A DNA stretch of 47,447 bases from Lishizhenia sp. (GTDB taxonomy: Bacteria; Bacteroidota; Bacteroidia; Flavobacteriales_D; Crocinitomicaceae), in the NCBI GenBank assembly GCA_007117055.1, contig SKHH01000038.1, positions 1 to 47,447 of the forward strand, given 5' to 3'. Positions 1-8,731 of the stretch are shown piece by piece. Within the stretch, counting starts at the first letter, position 1. Every line of letters starts with the position of its first letter. The notes under the pieces were generated by a model, which saw only the letters and a program-made list of their open reading frames with translations, had not been told where the DNA came from and searched no databases. The position numbers and the translations under genes were made by a program.

Positions 1-449
1 AGTTCTGGTTTTTCATGGAAGAATAGTTTCACCTTTGCATTTTCAGAGATTTGTTCTTGGGAAGAGAAATTCATTTCCCAAACCTTTTGGTCTTGATGCC
101 ATTTTGTAACAAAGTATAAAAAGCCGTCAGAGTACCACCAAGTTTCAATACCATGTTGTTTTCCATTGACATAAGGGATTTCATACCTGTTTTGTCCGTT
201 TTCATGCCACCAAGTAGCAATGCCATGTCTTTGTCCATTGATATAAGGGATTTCACCCCTTTTATGTCCGTTGGGGTACCAATAAGTTTCAAGGCCATGT
301 ATTTGTCCGTTGACATAAGGAGTTTCATATCTCTTTTGTCCGCTGATATGCCACCAAGTTTCAATGCCATGTTTTTGTCCATTGACATAAGGGGTTTCAC
401 GTTTCTTTTTTCCGTTGGGATATGTGTATGTTTCAACTTTTGTTTTCAT
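1..449 (-). CDS. MORN-variant (YwqK-like) repeat protein, runs off the left edge
   Basis: Frame absent from the ORF track: MKTKVETYTYPNGKKKRETPYVNGQKHGIETWWHISGQKRYETPYVNGQIHGLETYWYPNG..., with 24-aa repeats. Confidence 0.85.
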   Translation of the reverse strand, partial: MKTKVETYTYPNGKKKRETPYVNGQKHGIETWWHISGQKRYETPYVNGQIHGLETYWYPNGHKRGEIPYINGQRHGIATWWHENGQNRYEIPYVNGKQHGIETWWYSDGFLYFVTKWHQDQKVWEMNFSSQEQISENAKVKLFFHEKPE

Positions 450-530
450 GTAAACTTTGGTGTTTCATGGAAGAACAGTTCTAATTCTGTATCTTCAAGG
501 ATTTACTGATGGAAAGTGAATTGTATTTGT
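446..530 (-). pseudogene. Remnant C-terminus of a MORN-protein paralog
   Basis: IQFTFHQ*ILEDTELELFFHETPKFT* resembles the tail ISENAKVKLFFHENQN of the next gene. It has an in-frame stop, and its TGA overlaps the next ATG. Confidence 0.45.
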
Positions 531-537
531 CACTATA

Positions 538-849
538 TCAGTCTTCATGTTCTCTTGATGGGGCATTAGATTTATAGTTAAGTTTTAGTTTTTTCAGAAC
601 ATCCAGTGTTTTTTTGTTGTGTTGATTGGACTTAAAGTCTATATATTCAAAAACAGGACGTGTTTCCAAGAATTGGATAAGTCTTTTAGAAATGAAAATA
701 CGTTTATACCATGGTAGTTTCATGATGTGTACAATCATTTTTTCTGCTTCGATGTATCTTTTTTGTGACAACTCCAATTGAGTCAACATTTTATCGAAGT
801 TATTGGTCATTATTTGATTGTGCTTTTTATATACATCAGATTCTTGCAT
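538..849 (-). CDS. hypothetical protein
   Basis: 103-aa ORF downstream of an ECF-type promoter. Confidence 0.7.
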   Translation of the reverse strand: MQESDVYKKHNQIMTNNFDKMLTQLELSQKRYIEAEKMIVHIMKLPWYKRIFISKRLIQFLETRPVFEYIDFKSNQHNKKTLDVLKKLKLNYKSNAPSREHED

Positions 850-872
850 CTTTCATTGGGTTTATAAGATTA

Positions 873-898
873 AACGTTATTTTCTTCTGTTTGTTACA
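873..898 (-). promoter_or_regulatory. ECF-type promoter TGTAAC-N16-CGTT
   Basis: Matches the SigW/SigM-class AAC...CGT architecture with a 16-nt spacer, upstream of 538..849. Confidence 0.6.
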
Positions 899-1045
899 AA
901 GTAATTTTTAATTAAACTCTTTCAAAAAAAGTTTAATTAACAATGAGTTGGTGGGGAGAGTTTAGTGGATTTTAGGGCATAAAAAAAGCCAGACATTTCT
1001 ATCTAGCTTTACACATGAACTTTCTTATGTGTTTATGTGTGAGAG

Positions 1046-1525
1046 TTATTTTAGGTATACCATATCTACCAATTCAGATACTGGAGCACCTTCATTTAGT
1101 TTTTTAGCAAACTCTAAAAGAAGTTTAGCTTTCTTATTGCGATTACCTTCAATTTGCAAAGTAAATGCATTTATGCGGCTCTTCATGGTCATTTTGGTAA
1201 TGCCTTGAGATTGCATAATAGTTTCATTTCTTTGTCTTTGTTTAATATCCATTTGCACCAGTTCCCATAGGGAGAGTGTAGGATTTTCTTTTTTTTGTGT
1301 ATCGATGATTCGAATCACTCTAGTTGCAGGTATTAAACCATCTTCAATTGCTTTTAGAACTGGCTTTGGAGCTTCTGCTAATGAGATATATTTATAGACT
1401 GCTGGTTCAGATTTATCACATTTAGCAGCAATGTCTTTCACGCTCATTCCACGACGAAGTTTGAGGTCAAGAAAGTAACGACCTGCTTCTAGGGGGTTGT
1501 TGAAATTTTTTCTAATGTTAGGCAT
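1046..1525 (-). CDS. HTH DNA-binding protein resembling the ParB central domain
   Basis: MSVKDIAAKCDKSEPAVYKYISLAEAP forms an HTH and resembles the middle of the adjacent ParB-like ORF. Confidence 0.7.
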   Translation of the reverse strand: MPNIRKNFNNPLEAGRYFLDLKLRRGMSVKDIAAKCDKSEPAVYKYISLAEAPKPVLKAIEDGLIPATRVIRIIDTQKKENPTLSLWELVQMDIKQRQRNETIMQSQGITKMTMKSRINAFTLQIEGNRNKKAKLLLEFAKKLNEGAPVSELVDMVYLK

Positions 1526-1731
1526 GGCTATATGTTTTATCTACTATCATAACTTTGAAACCTATAAAAAGTTCTTAAAAAGTTATGAACAATTTAAAGT
1601 TGATGCAAATTTACGATTTTTTTTGTAATAAACAATAAGATTATTAGTTTAATATGTTAAAAACAGCGAAAGAAAAAAGGGAGCTAAAATTAGCCCCCTC
1701 CTTTCAAACCACATATTGGTTTATTTGTTGC

Positions 1732-2655
1732 TTACGCCTCGTTTGAGACTTCAGCTCCAACCACCAGAGCGAGGATGTCTTGTTTCGAGGTATCACCTTT
1801 GAGTGCGGCATCCAATTGGATGAGCATTTTAGCTCCTTCTGTTGGCGAGTCTACAACTTCGCTGATAATTTCAGCTAATTTCTGGTTGTAGCTTTTCTCA
1901 GCAAAAGGCACTTTTTTGGTTTTCCCTTTTTTCAGGGTTGATTTGGTGGCTTTGGCTTGTTTCTTTTTGCCATTACCTTTCCCTGGGTTTGCTTGTGGCG
2001 CTTCTGCAGCTTGTGCTTTTGCATCTTCAATAGCCACATTGACAGATTCAATCAATTCCTCTTCACTTGAAGTTTCAGACATAATTTGTCGAACAGCTGT
2101 GAGGGAGATTTCATCATTCTGCACTTTCACTTGCACTTCTTGTGGTGCTTTAAAGAGAGAAGCATAGTTGTAGAAGGTGGCTTGTGAAATGTTCATCACA
2201 CCACACGTGTAGTCACGCACTTCTTTTGCAGTAGCTTCTGGGTTTTGTGCCAAGAAAGCATTCGACAGTGCGTCTGCCAATTCTGCATTTTCAACGTCTG
2301 TGAAAGACTTTCCACTGTTAGAAGTGGCTTGCTGCTCCAGACGGCTCAACAGGTCTTCAGAAGTTGGAATGAAAGGAAGAGAAGGAACCCCTGCTTTACG
2401 AGCGAGACGTACACGTCGTTCTCCATCGGTAATTACAATATTCCCAGTCTTACGGTCACGAAAACCTGTAACAGGAGGAATTTTGTAAGGGTCTTCTTGA
2501 AAGGTTCGAGCCAAACGGTCAGCCTCTAACTGGGTAATCCCAAAGTCTTTGCGTTTGTTGAAACCTTCTTCTACGACGAATTCGTCGATTTGCTTAAGAG
2601 TTGCCTTCTTGTAAGGCGCTGTCCCCTCAGGGATTTGGATTTGATTTTTGCTCAT
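1732..2655 (-). CDS. ParB/Spo0J-family protein
   Basis: IVITDGERRVRLAR ParB arginine-patch motif, followed by an HTH (ISQATFYNYASL). Confidence 0.85.
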   Translation of the reverse strand: MSKNQIQIPEGTAPYKKATLKQIDEFVVEEGFNKRKDFGITQLEADRLARTFQEDPYKIPPVTGFRDRKTGNIVITDGERRVRLARKAGVPSLPFIPTSEDLLSRLEQQATSNSGKSFTDVENAELADALSNAFLAQNPEATAKEVRDYTCGVMNISQATFYNYASLFKAPQEVQVKVQNDEISLTAVRQIMSETSSEEELIESVNVAIEDAKAQAAEAPQANPGKGNGKKKQAKATKSTLKKGKTKKVPFAEKSYNQKLAEIISEVVDSPTEGAKMLIQLDAALKGDTSKQDILALVVGAEVSNEA

Positions 2656-2689
2656 GGCAATTTGAAATTAAATGGTTTGTATGAAAGTA

Positions 2690-2715
2690 TACGAGAATTG
2701 AACTATAAAGTTACA
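2690..2715 (-). promoter_or_regulatory. ECF-type promoter TGTAAC-N16-CGTA
   Basis: Lies upstream of the ParB-like gene, which has no copy of the bipartite repeat. Confidence 0.65.
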
Positions 2716-2749
2716 CTATATTCTCATTTTTTTTTTTCTTTTCTTTTTT

Positions 2750-3427
2750 CTACTTAAACACTTTAGGGTCAATGCCTAATGAAATGTAGTAGTCTTGCAT
2801 AAGGATTTTATATCCTTGCAGTTGCTGTTTTTGGATTGCTGCTACAATTAACTTGATAGCACTTGGTGGGTTTCCTGTTTTTTTGAACAGATTTGCGATG
2901 CTGCTTGCACCATATAATGTACTTATGTACATTTTCCCATCTTTTTCTATGAGCAACCCTTTTTTTGCGAGTTTCAACATTTCTTTTTGTTCAATAAAAT
3001 GGGAGACAGCAAAATCTAAGTTGTCATTCACTTCAAATGTACTGCCTGTGCCTGTGTCAATTTTGACTTTGGGCAGTTTTTTAAATTCTTCTTCTAACTT
3101 TAGAAGTAGTTGTCGGTTTTGTTTCAGTTTTGTAGACGGTTCATAATCACCGTTTGGTTTTCTATCAATAGAGCCAATGGGATTTACATCAGGCATTCCG
3201 CCATTTCCATCATCATAGTAATTAGCAATTTGTTTCCCTTGGTATTTTACAACACAACGAATTACTGTCCCTTCATGCCCTTCCATGGTTTGCATTTTCG
3301 AAAATGTTACTGGTATTCCTTTATACATTGGGATATTGTTTTTGGGTTTGTGATGGCAATGAGTTTCAAGGGAGAGTTTGGTTATCCTTTTTCTATTAAC
3401 CTTATAGAATTCATCTGTGAATGCCAT
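2750..3427 (-). CDS. hypothetical protein
   Basis: 225-aa ORF in the array orientation. Confidence 0.8.
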   Translation of the reverse strand: MAFTDEFYKVNRKRITKLSLETHCHHKPKNNIPMYKGIPVTFSKMQTMEGHEGTVIRCVVKYQGKQIANYYDDGNGGMPDVNPIGSIDRKPNGDYEPSTKLKQNRQLLLKLEEEFKKLPKVKIDTGTGSTFEVNDNLDFAVSHFIEQKEMLKLAKKGLLIEKDGKMYISTLYGASSIANLFKKTGNPPSAIKLIVAAIQKQQLQGYKILMQDYYISLGIDPKVFK

Positions 3428-3690
3428 ATTCTCGCTTCCCTTTTACCAACTTTTCCATTAGAATTAAAAAGGCGAACCATGTAATATTGTGGATACACAC
3501 CTGAAAACTCTATCATAAAAATCAAGCCTTTTCTCACAGTTGTACCATCCACCCATTTAATGGTGTCTCCAATGTCAAAGCCATGTTTTTCAACAAAATT
3601 ACGTTCATTTATTATTCTTTGCTTTCTTCTGTTTTCAGATAGCAATTCGATGAGGCTTTGTTCTTCTTGTTGAAGTTGTTCTAAATTCAT
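3382..3690 (-). CDS. hypothetical protein
   Basis: 102-aa ORF that overlaps the next gene; TATTTTTG lies upstream. Confidence 0.65.
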   Translation of the reverse strand: MNLEQLQQEEQSLIELLSENRRKQRIINERNFVEKHGFDIGDTIKWVDGTTVRKGLIFMIEFSGVYPQYYMVRLFNSNGKVGKREARIWHSQMNSIRLIEKG

Positions 3691-3757
3691 ATCTCAAATA
3701 AATTAACAAAAATATAAGTGAATGATACTTGACCATTCACTTATATTTGTTTGGTTA

Positions 3758-4066
3758 TTAAATCAGGTCGAGTAGTTGTCGGACGGTCAAACCGTTATTC
3801 TCGAATGCTTCTAAGAAAGTAACATTCAAATCTTCCACTTCAACTGAATCGTCAATTTCAGCTTGTGTTTCCAGACGTGCCAGTACATCAACGGTAAATT
3901 CATCCATACTCAACAATTGCGACAAGTTATGGACTCGTAGTCGTTCTACCAGTTGCCCTACTTGAGCGGCAAGGGCTTCAAATTCTTGTGATGGGTCATT
4001 TTCAGTCCAGTCAGCACTTGCGTTTGCGATAAGAACTTTTTGAAATTGGAGTAATTGGGTTTTCAT
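3758..4066 (-). CDS. hypothetical protein
   Basis: Follows the repeat at 4091; hairpin at 3712-3746 downstream. Confidence 0.8.
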   Translation of the reverse strand: MKTQLLQFQKVLIANASADWTENDPSQEFEALAAQVGQLVERLRVHNLSQLLSMDEFTVDVLARLETQAEIDDSVEVEDLNVTFLEAFENNGLTVRQLLDLI

Positions 4067-4121
4067 GGGAATAAGTATTGATTATGACTACAATGAGTTG
4101 ATGGGGAGAGTTTGGTGGATT

Positions 4122-4568
4122 TTAGAAGCGAGTTTCTACTGCATAGATAGCATTAAACTCTTCCAAAGATATTTCAACCACCTTCTCCAAGGTAAGGGCA
4201 ATTTCTCCACCAAAAAAGTACCAACAATTACCTTGACATTCCACATTCTCATCATGGTAAAATTCAGAGGCTATGTTATGAGACATTTCTTCTGCCTCTT
4301 CGAGTGAAGATGCTATCAGGGTGCTTTTATGGTAGTACTGCCGTTCTCCATTCTGCTCTTTAAAGACACGAAAGAAATGTTTCTCATTAGGATTTTCAGG
4401 TTCTAACAATGTAACTTCTTTACAAGAAATGCCAGATGGATTAACCCATTTCATTTCACTAGACACTGCATCTTCTAAGTTGTAGTCTTCAAGTTCATTT
4501 CCTGCTTCAAGGAAATTCTTTTTTAGAACTTTTTCATTGACGTCACAGCGAATTGACACTTTGTTCAT
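4122..4568 (-). CDS. hypothetical protein
   Basis: Bounded by repeats; start moved to the first ATG after the repeat. Confidence 0.8.
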   Translation of the reverse strand: MNKVSIRCDVNEKVLKKNFLEAGNELEDYNLEDAVSSEMKWVNPSGISCKEVTLLEPENPNEKHFFRVFKEQNGERQYYHKSTLIASSLEEAEEMSHNIASEFYHDENVECQGNCWYFFGGEIALTLEKVVEISLEEFNAIYAVETRF

Positions 4569-4629
4569 AATATAAGTTTTAAGGGGGTTTCTATTTAACA
4601 ATGAGTTGATGGGGAGAGTTTGGTGGATT

Positions 4630-5103
4630 TTAGTCCACCAGTTTTTGGTAATGATTTAAAAGTGCTTGTTTTTCCTTTTTCTCAAGTGAGTCTCCAAATT
4701 CGTCTCTTATAGACTCAATCAAGTCTGCACGGGAATCAAAAAAATCTTCTATTACTTCATCTGGCGATACAATGTCATTCACTTGACATAAGTCAAACAA
4801 TTCTTTAAGCGTCCAATCTTCCAATGGGCTGCAACATAGTTGCTCGATATGAGAAACATCTTCTTCCAGAATGGTTATAGACTGGTCAAGCTCAGAAAGT
4901 TCTGAATTGAAGAAGTTTTTTTTATCTAAGAAGAAATAGATTTGTTCATCTATTTTTTCTGCTTCTGGTGAGGTGTCCATGTTTTGAATTAACAAGTCTT
5001 CAAGTTCTGTGGTAGACACAATCACATCAAGGATTACATCATCTTCTTGAAGATGTATTTTAAGGTGACGTGTTGGGAATTTTTTTTCTTTGTAAGAAAT
5101 CAT
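4630..5103 (-). CDS. hypothetical acidic protein
   Basis: Bounded by repeats; start moved to the first ATG after the repeat. Confidence 0.8.
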   Translation of the reverse strand: MISYKEKKFPTRHLKIHLQEDDVILDVIVSTTELEDLLIQNMDTSPEAEKIDEQIYFFLDKKNFFNSELSELDQSITILEEDVSHIEQLCCSPLEDWTLKELFDLCQVNDIVSPDEVIEDFFDSRADLIESIRDEFGDSLEKKEKQALLNHYQKLVD

Positions 5104-5163
5104 GGGGAAATGGTTTAAGGGGTTTCTATTTAGCAATGAGTTGATGAAGAGAGTTTGGTGGGT

Positions 5164-5586
5164 TTAAATATTTCCTAGATATTGTGAAGGCTTGGCTCCT
5201 TGTCCTTTCTTCTCTTCAAACAATTGAAGCAATTCGTGGCAGATTTGCCGTCCAGAACGGTTTCTTGGGTCTGTAAACCTGCAGCTTGATTGGTTGGTAT
5301 CTTCTGGATTTTCAATTTTTTCTGCGAGTGTTTCTATTATTAGAAGCATCATACGAACAAAATTTTGTTCTAGTGTACGATGACCAGTTGCCAGCACCAT
5401 TGCTTGCATCATAATTTCGCCATTTACTTTGCTACTACTATTGAGTGCATTGCCAATTTTATCAAAGGCTTCGAACAGTTCTTCGGTTTGCTTTACTTCC
5501 CAAGGGTGTAAATATTCTGTTCCATCTTCATTGAGTTGAAACAAATTTTTTTCTGTGAGATAATTGATAAATGCCTGCTTGTCCAT
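5164..5586 (-). CDS. hypothetical protein
   Basis: Bounded by repeats. Confidence 0.8.
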   Translation of the reverse strand: MDKQAFINYLTEKNLFQLNEDGTEYLHPWEVKQTEELFEAFDKIGNALNSSSKVNGEIMMQAMVLATGHRTLEQNFVRMMLLIIETLAEKIENPEDTNQSSCRFTDPRNRSGRQICHELLQLFEEKKGQGAKPSQYLGNI

Positions 5587-5639
5587 GCTGTTGGGTTTTA
5601 ATTATTCTTAATGAGTGTACAAGATGAGGTTTGGTGGAT

Positions 5640-5906
5640 TTAATCTATTTCTTGGTTGCCATTTTTGTCTGTGGTGATAACTTCTGCTCCTTGGAGAGAA
5701 ATTGTACCTTCAGATTTAACGCCTGATTCATGAATAACAAAAATCCCATTGGTATATGTGTTGGCATCTTCTGGCGCTAATCCTTCTTCGGTGTCCTGCG
5801 CTTGGCTCATTAGACCTCTTACGGCTTTATGAGCTATTTCAGGTATTTGGGAAGCAGAAACTGCATCTTCAAATTCAATTGTAAGGATAAAACTTACTTT
5901 TTTCAT
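5640..5906 (-). CDS. hypothetical protein
   Basis: Bounded by repeats. Confidence 0.8.
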   Translation of the reverse strand: MKKVSFILTIEFEDAVSASQIPEIAHKAVRGLMSQAQDTEEGLAPEDANTYTNGIFVIHESGVKSEGTISLQGAEVITTDKNGNQEID

Positions 5907-5961
5907 GGGGATAAGTGTTTAATTTGGTTGCAATGAGTTATGGATGAGTGTTTGGTGGATT

Positions 5962-6336
5962 TTAGTATTCAACATCATCTTCGGTTTCATCATTCCATTT
6001 TTCTTCTGTAATGATATACCCCATTCTGTTAACAATATGCAACCCTTTTGAAATGTACCAGATAGGCTCTAAACCTTGTTCTACTGCTTCATTTTGCGCC
6101 TTTCCACAGCAACAAACTTCTTCTTGTTCATTACAATCACACTTAAAGTTATCAACAAAAGTGTCATAAGGATTGTCATCGTTGACAATAACTGTCCAAA
6201 TGTTGCGTACATCTTGTTCTAAAACAAAAGCAAGTTCTTCTCCATAGGTTTCAAACACAATTCCGTCTATGGGTGTTTCTGGGTTGAGATGATTTTGGAT
6301 TGGTTTAAAGTGTTTTTCGAAATCTTCGTATTGCAT
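5962..6336 (-). CDS. hypothetical protein
   Basis: Bounded by repeats; contains a Cys-rich insert. Confidence 0.8.
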   Translation of the reverse strand: MQYEDFEKHFKPIQNHLNPETPIDGIVFETYGEELAFVLEQDVRNIWTVIVNDDNPYDTFVDNFKCDCNEQEEVCCCGKAQNEAVEQGLEPIWYISKGLHIVNRMGYIITEEKWNDETEDDVEY

Positions 6337-6386
6337 GATGATGGTGTTTATGTCTTTAATGAGTTAATAGGGAGAGTTTGGTGGAA

Positions 6387-7007
6387 TTAAAATCGTTCCT
6401 GAAGGTTCAGTTCTACAGCAAACTTTTCCATCTTATTTTTGGCTCGATGCAATTGTATTTTTACTGTACCGATTGGTTTCCCAATAATTTCTGCAATTTC
6501 ATCGTATGAAAGTTCTTCAAAATAACGCAATTCAATGATTTTTTTCATTTGAGGAGATAGCATATCTATCAAGTCACGCACCATGTCTTTACGTGCGTTT
6601 ATGTGAATCGCTTCCTCTGGGTTTGGTTCCGAATCTTTCAGGCTCATCATTAATTTATGAGAACGAAGATTATTATCAGCTACTTCATTGGTCAATGGGT
6701 CTTTTAAAGACACAATATCCAGTTTTCTTTTACGTTTCACGTCGATGACGTGGTTGTTAGCGATTTTGAACACCCATGTAGAAAACGCTTTAGTAGGTTG
6801 ATATTGGTCAATGTGAGAGAAAACTTTTTCCCAAACTTGTTGCACAATATCCTCTGCTTCTTCAACTTGTCGCACCATTTTAGAAACAAAAAACAAGAGG
6901 CTACGATTAAATCGTTTTACCAACAGTTGGCTTGCTATGTTTTTTTCGCGTTCTGTGCTGTTTCCTTGGAGAATAGCAACTTGGGCTTCTACATTCAATT
7001 CTTTCAT
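6387..7007 (-). CDS. ECF (sigma-70 group 4, RpoE/SigW-like) sigma factor
   Basis: Region 2 EAEDIVQQVWEKVF...FSTWVFKIANNHVID and region 4 LRYFEELSYDEIAEIIGKPIGTVKIQLHRAK. Confidence 0.93.
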   Translation of the reverse strand: MKELNVEAQVAILQGNSTEREKNIASQLLVKRFNRSLLFFVSKMVRQVEEAEDIVQQVWEKVFSHIDQYQPTKAFSTWVFKIANNHVIDVKRKRKLDIVSLKDPLTNEVADNNLRSHKLMMSLKDSEPNPEEAIHINARKDMVRDLIDMLSPQMKKIIELRYFEELSYDEIAEIIGKPIGTVKIQLHRAKNKMEKFAVELNLQERF

Positions 7008-7042
7008 ATCTACAATGAGTTGCTGGGGAGAGTTTGGTGGAT

Positions 7043-7444
7043 TTAAAGTTCTTCAAAAAGTGGTTTAATTGCTATTACATTTTCTCGTCGCTCTATCATA
7101 ACCCGAAAACGCCCAAACTTAGCATCATAAACTTCATGTGTTTCAATAGATTCATCTAACACAATCGGTTTTTGATTTTTATTCTTAGAACTCCAATCAC
7201 TCATTAAGTGATTAAGGTCAAGAACATCAAAAGAAACAACCTCTATTGGGGTTTGATTTACTGTTTCAACAGGATAAACTTGGACACCTTCTCGTGTGAG
7301 ATACTGGATATAACCTCCTTCCAAAACTTCTCCATAGTTAATAATGGAAGTCATGTTAACTTTACGCTTACCTTCTGGTGTTGATTTTGATTTATAAATC
7401 TCCATCAAGATAAGGTGAGTATTAGATGTATTTAGTCGATTCAT
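7043..7444 (-). CDS. hypothetical protein
   Basis: Bounded by repeats; ATG 6 nt after ACTCATT. Confidence 0.8.
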   Translation of the reverse strand: MNRLNTSNTHLILMEIYKSKSTPEGKRKVNMTSIINYGEVLEGGYIQYLTREGVQVYPVETVNQTPIEVVSFDVLDLNHLMSDWSSKNKNQKPIVLDESIETHEVYDAKFGRFRVMIERRENVIAIKPLFEEL

Positions 7445-7480
7445 ATCTACAATGAGTTATGGATTGGAGTCTGGTGGGTT

Positions 7481-7921
7481 TTAGAGAGCATTTAAGTCTC
7501 CGTCAAAATATGTGGGATTTTCGATATCATCCCCAAAATATAATTGCAATGGCACATTTGGGAATGCTGTTTCAGCTTCTTTTTGCGTTCCAAATACCCC
7601 GAAAGAAGGAAAGTTGGCAGCAATCACATCTGAGTGAGATAAATCGGGTTGCCAATAGCTTTCAACTTCCTCTGCGATATTTACTTTGGAAATGAATACC
7701 CAATCATTCATCCCTACTGTTTCTTCTAAGTTATATGCAAGCAAAAAATCTGATACTGAATATGCATTACCTAATGATGCTGCTCGTTGCATGAACTCAA
7801 AAGCTTCTTTTGGCATTTTGCCGCCTGCATCTTCAATTTCAGACCATTCTTGAATGGTATAAGCATCGGTGCTAACTTTGTCGTCATCTGCACTTAAAAC
7901 GTAAACTGTAAGATTTTTCAT
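7481..7921 (-). CDS. hypothetical protein
   Basis: Bounded by repeats; ATG 6 nt after ACTCATT. Confidence 0.8.
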   Translation of the reverse strand: MKNLTVYVLSADDDKVSTDAYTIQEWSEIEDAGGKMPKEAFEFMQRAASLGNAYSVSDFLLAYNLEETVGMNDWVFISKVNIAEEVESYWQPDLSHSDVIAANFPSFGVFGTQKEAETAFPNVPLQLYFGDDIENPTYFDGDLNAL

Positions 7922-7957
7922 GTCTACAATGAGTTATAGGTTTGAGTCTGGTGGGTT

Positions 7958-8200
7958 TTAGAGATATTCTTCTCCATAAACCTCTACCAACTTTTCTATG
8001 ATGGCGTTTTCTGCTTCTTGTGGATTGTTGGCTTCTTGAGAAAAAAGAGAGGCTATGCTATAAATTGTTTCTGGGTCGCCTTGATTCCAGTCATGTTTCT
8101 CATCTTCTCCTGTCCGATAGAGATGATTTTTGTTTTTTTTGCGTTCAGCCTCATTTAAAGACATTTGTACAACTTGCTCTATAGACAAAAACGTTTCCAT
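7958..8200 (-). CDS. hypothetical protein
   Basis: Bounded by repeats. Confidence 0.75.
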   Translation of the reverse strand: METFLSIEQVVQMSLNEAERKKNKNHLYRTGEDEKHDWNQGDPETIYSIASLFSQEANNPQEAENAIIEKLVEVYGEEYL

Positions 8201-8280
8201 TGGGTTTATTTTTTTGAGAATGAGTTATGGATTGGGGTTTGGTGGATTTTAGGGCCAAGAAAAAAATAATTGAAATTTTT

Positions 8281-8311
8281 TTTGGATTTGGTTTAGAATT
8301 TTATAATTTTG
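8281..8311 (+). promoter_or_regulatory. Bacteroidota primary-sigma promoter for the tRNA cluster
   Basis: TTTG(8281)-N19-TAATTTTG(8304) matches the -33 TTTG / -7 TAnnTTTG consensus. Confidence 0.7.
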
Positions 8312-8324
8312 CATTATATATTAT

Positions 8325-8396
8325 TGCGCGGTGGAGAAGTGGTATCTCGTTAGGTTCATATTCTAAAGTTCGGCGGTTCGAATCCGTCCTGCGCTA
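8325..8396 (+). tRNA. tRNA-Met(CAT), initiator-like body
   Basis: Cloverleaf with anticodon loop TT-CAT-AT, T-loop TTCGAAT, 1:72 mismatch and A11:U24. It lacks the three G-C anticodon-stem pairs, and CCA is not encoded. Confidence 0.85.
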
Positions 8397-8423
8397 CGAA
8401 GTCAAAAGACAAAAAAAGAAGTA

Positions 8424-8495
8424 ATGAACTACGTTATTAGCATGATTGAACAGGAACGTGAAGAGGAAGCTCTTCTGTCTGGTCGTGCTATGTAA
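8424..8495 (+). CDS. Putative Glu-rich leader peptide MNYVISMIEQEREEEALLSGRAM
   Basis: 23-aa ORF after an A-rich leader; 5 Glu codons within 7 (GAA CAG GAA CGT GAA GAG GAA). Confidence 0.7.
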   Translation: MNYVISMIEQEREEEALLSGRAM

Positions 8496-8516
8496 TTAAT
8501 TTAAGATTTACAGAGA

Positions 8517-8544
8517 AGCTCGACCAAGTTGGTCGGGCTTTTTT
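8517..8544 (+). terminator. Intrinsic terminator/attenuator upstream of the tRNA-Glu genes
   Basis: AGCTCGACCA-agt-TGGTCGGGCT followed by a T-tract. The 5' arm can also pair with TGGTCGTGCT at 8480-8489. Confidence 0.8.
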
Positions 8545-8558
8545 GTTGCCGTTAATAT

Positions 8559-8630
8559 GCTGCAGTAGCTTAAAGGTAGAGTCGGAGTTTTTCAAACTCT
8601 TGGGTGTGGGTTCGATTCCCATCTGCAGTA
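8559..8630 (+). tRNA. tRNA with TTC (Glu) anticodon, atypical body
   Basis: GCTGCAG/CTGCAGT acceptor stem, GGAGT-TTTTCAA-ACTCT anticodon arm, T-loop TTCGATT. Confidence 0.8.
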
Positions 8631-8647
8631 CTAAATTTGTTATTTTA

Positions 8648-8721
8648 CGCCCCATCGTCTAGTTGGCCTAGGACGGTGCCCTTTCACGGCATTAACACGG
8701 GTTCGAATCCCGTTGGGGTGA
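8648..8721 (+). tRNA. tRNA-Glu(TTC), canonical body
   Basis: GTCTAG...AGGAC D-arm, GTGCC-CTTTCAC-GGCAT anticodon arm, 4-nt variable loop. Confidence 0.92.
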
Positions 8722-8731
8722 CTTATTAAAA

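Noticed and set aside
71..509. ORF-track calls 71..436(-) and 153..509(+)
   Set aside because: Both are shadows of the 72-bp repeat gene; the frame starting at 449(-) gives a recognisable MORN-variant protein.
6387..7007. The ECF sigma factor as the reader of the bipartite repeat
   Set aside because: Not excluded, but disfavoured: the AAC-to-second-box spacing is shorter than the usual ECF spacing, and a separate canonical ECF motif exists in the window.
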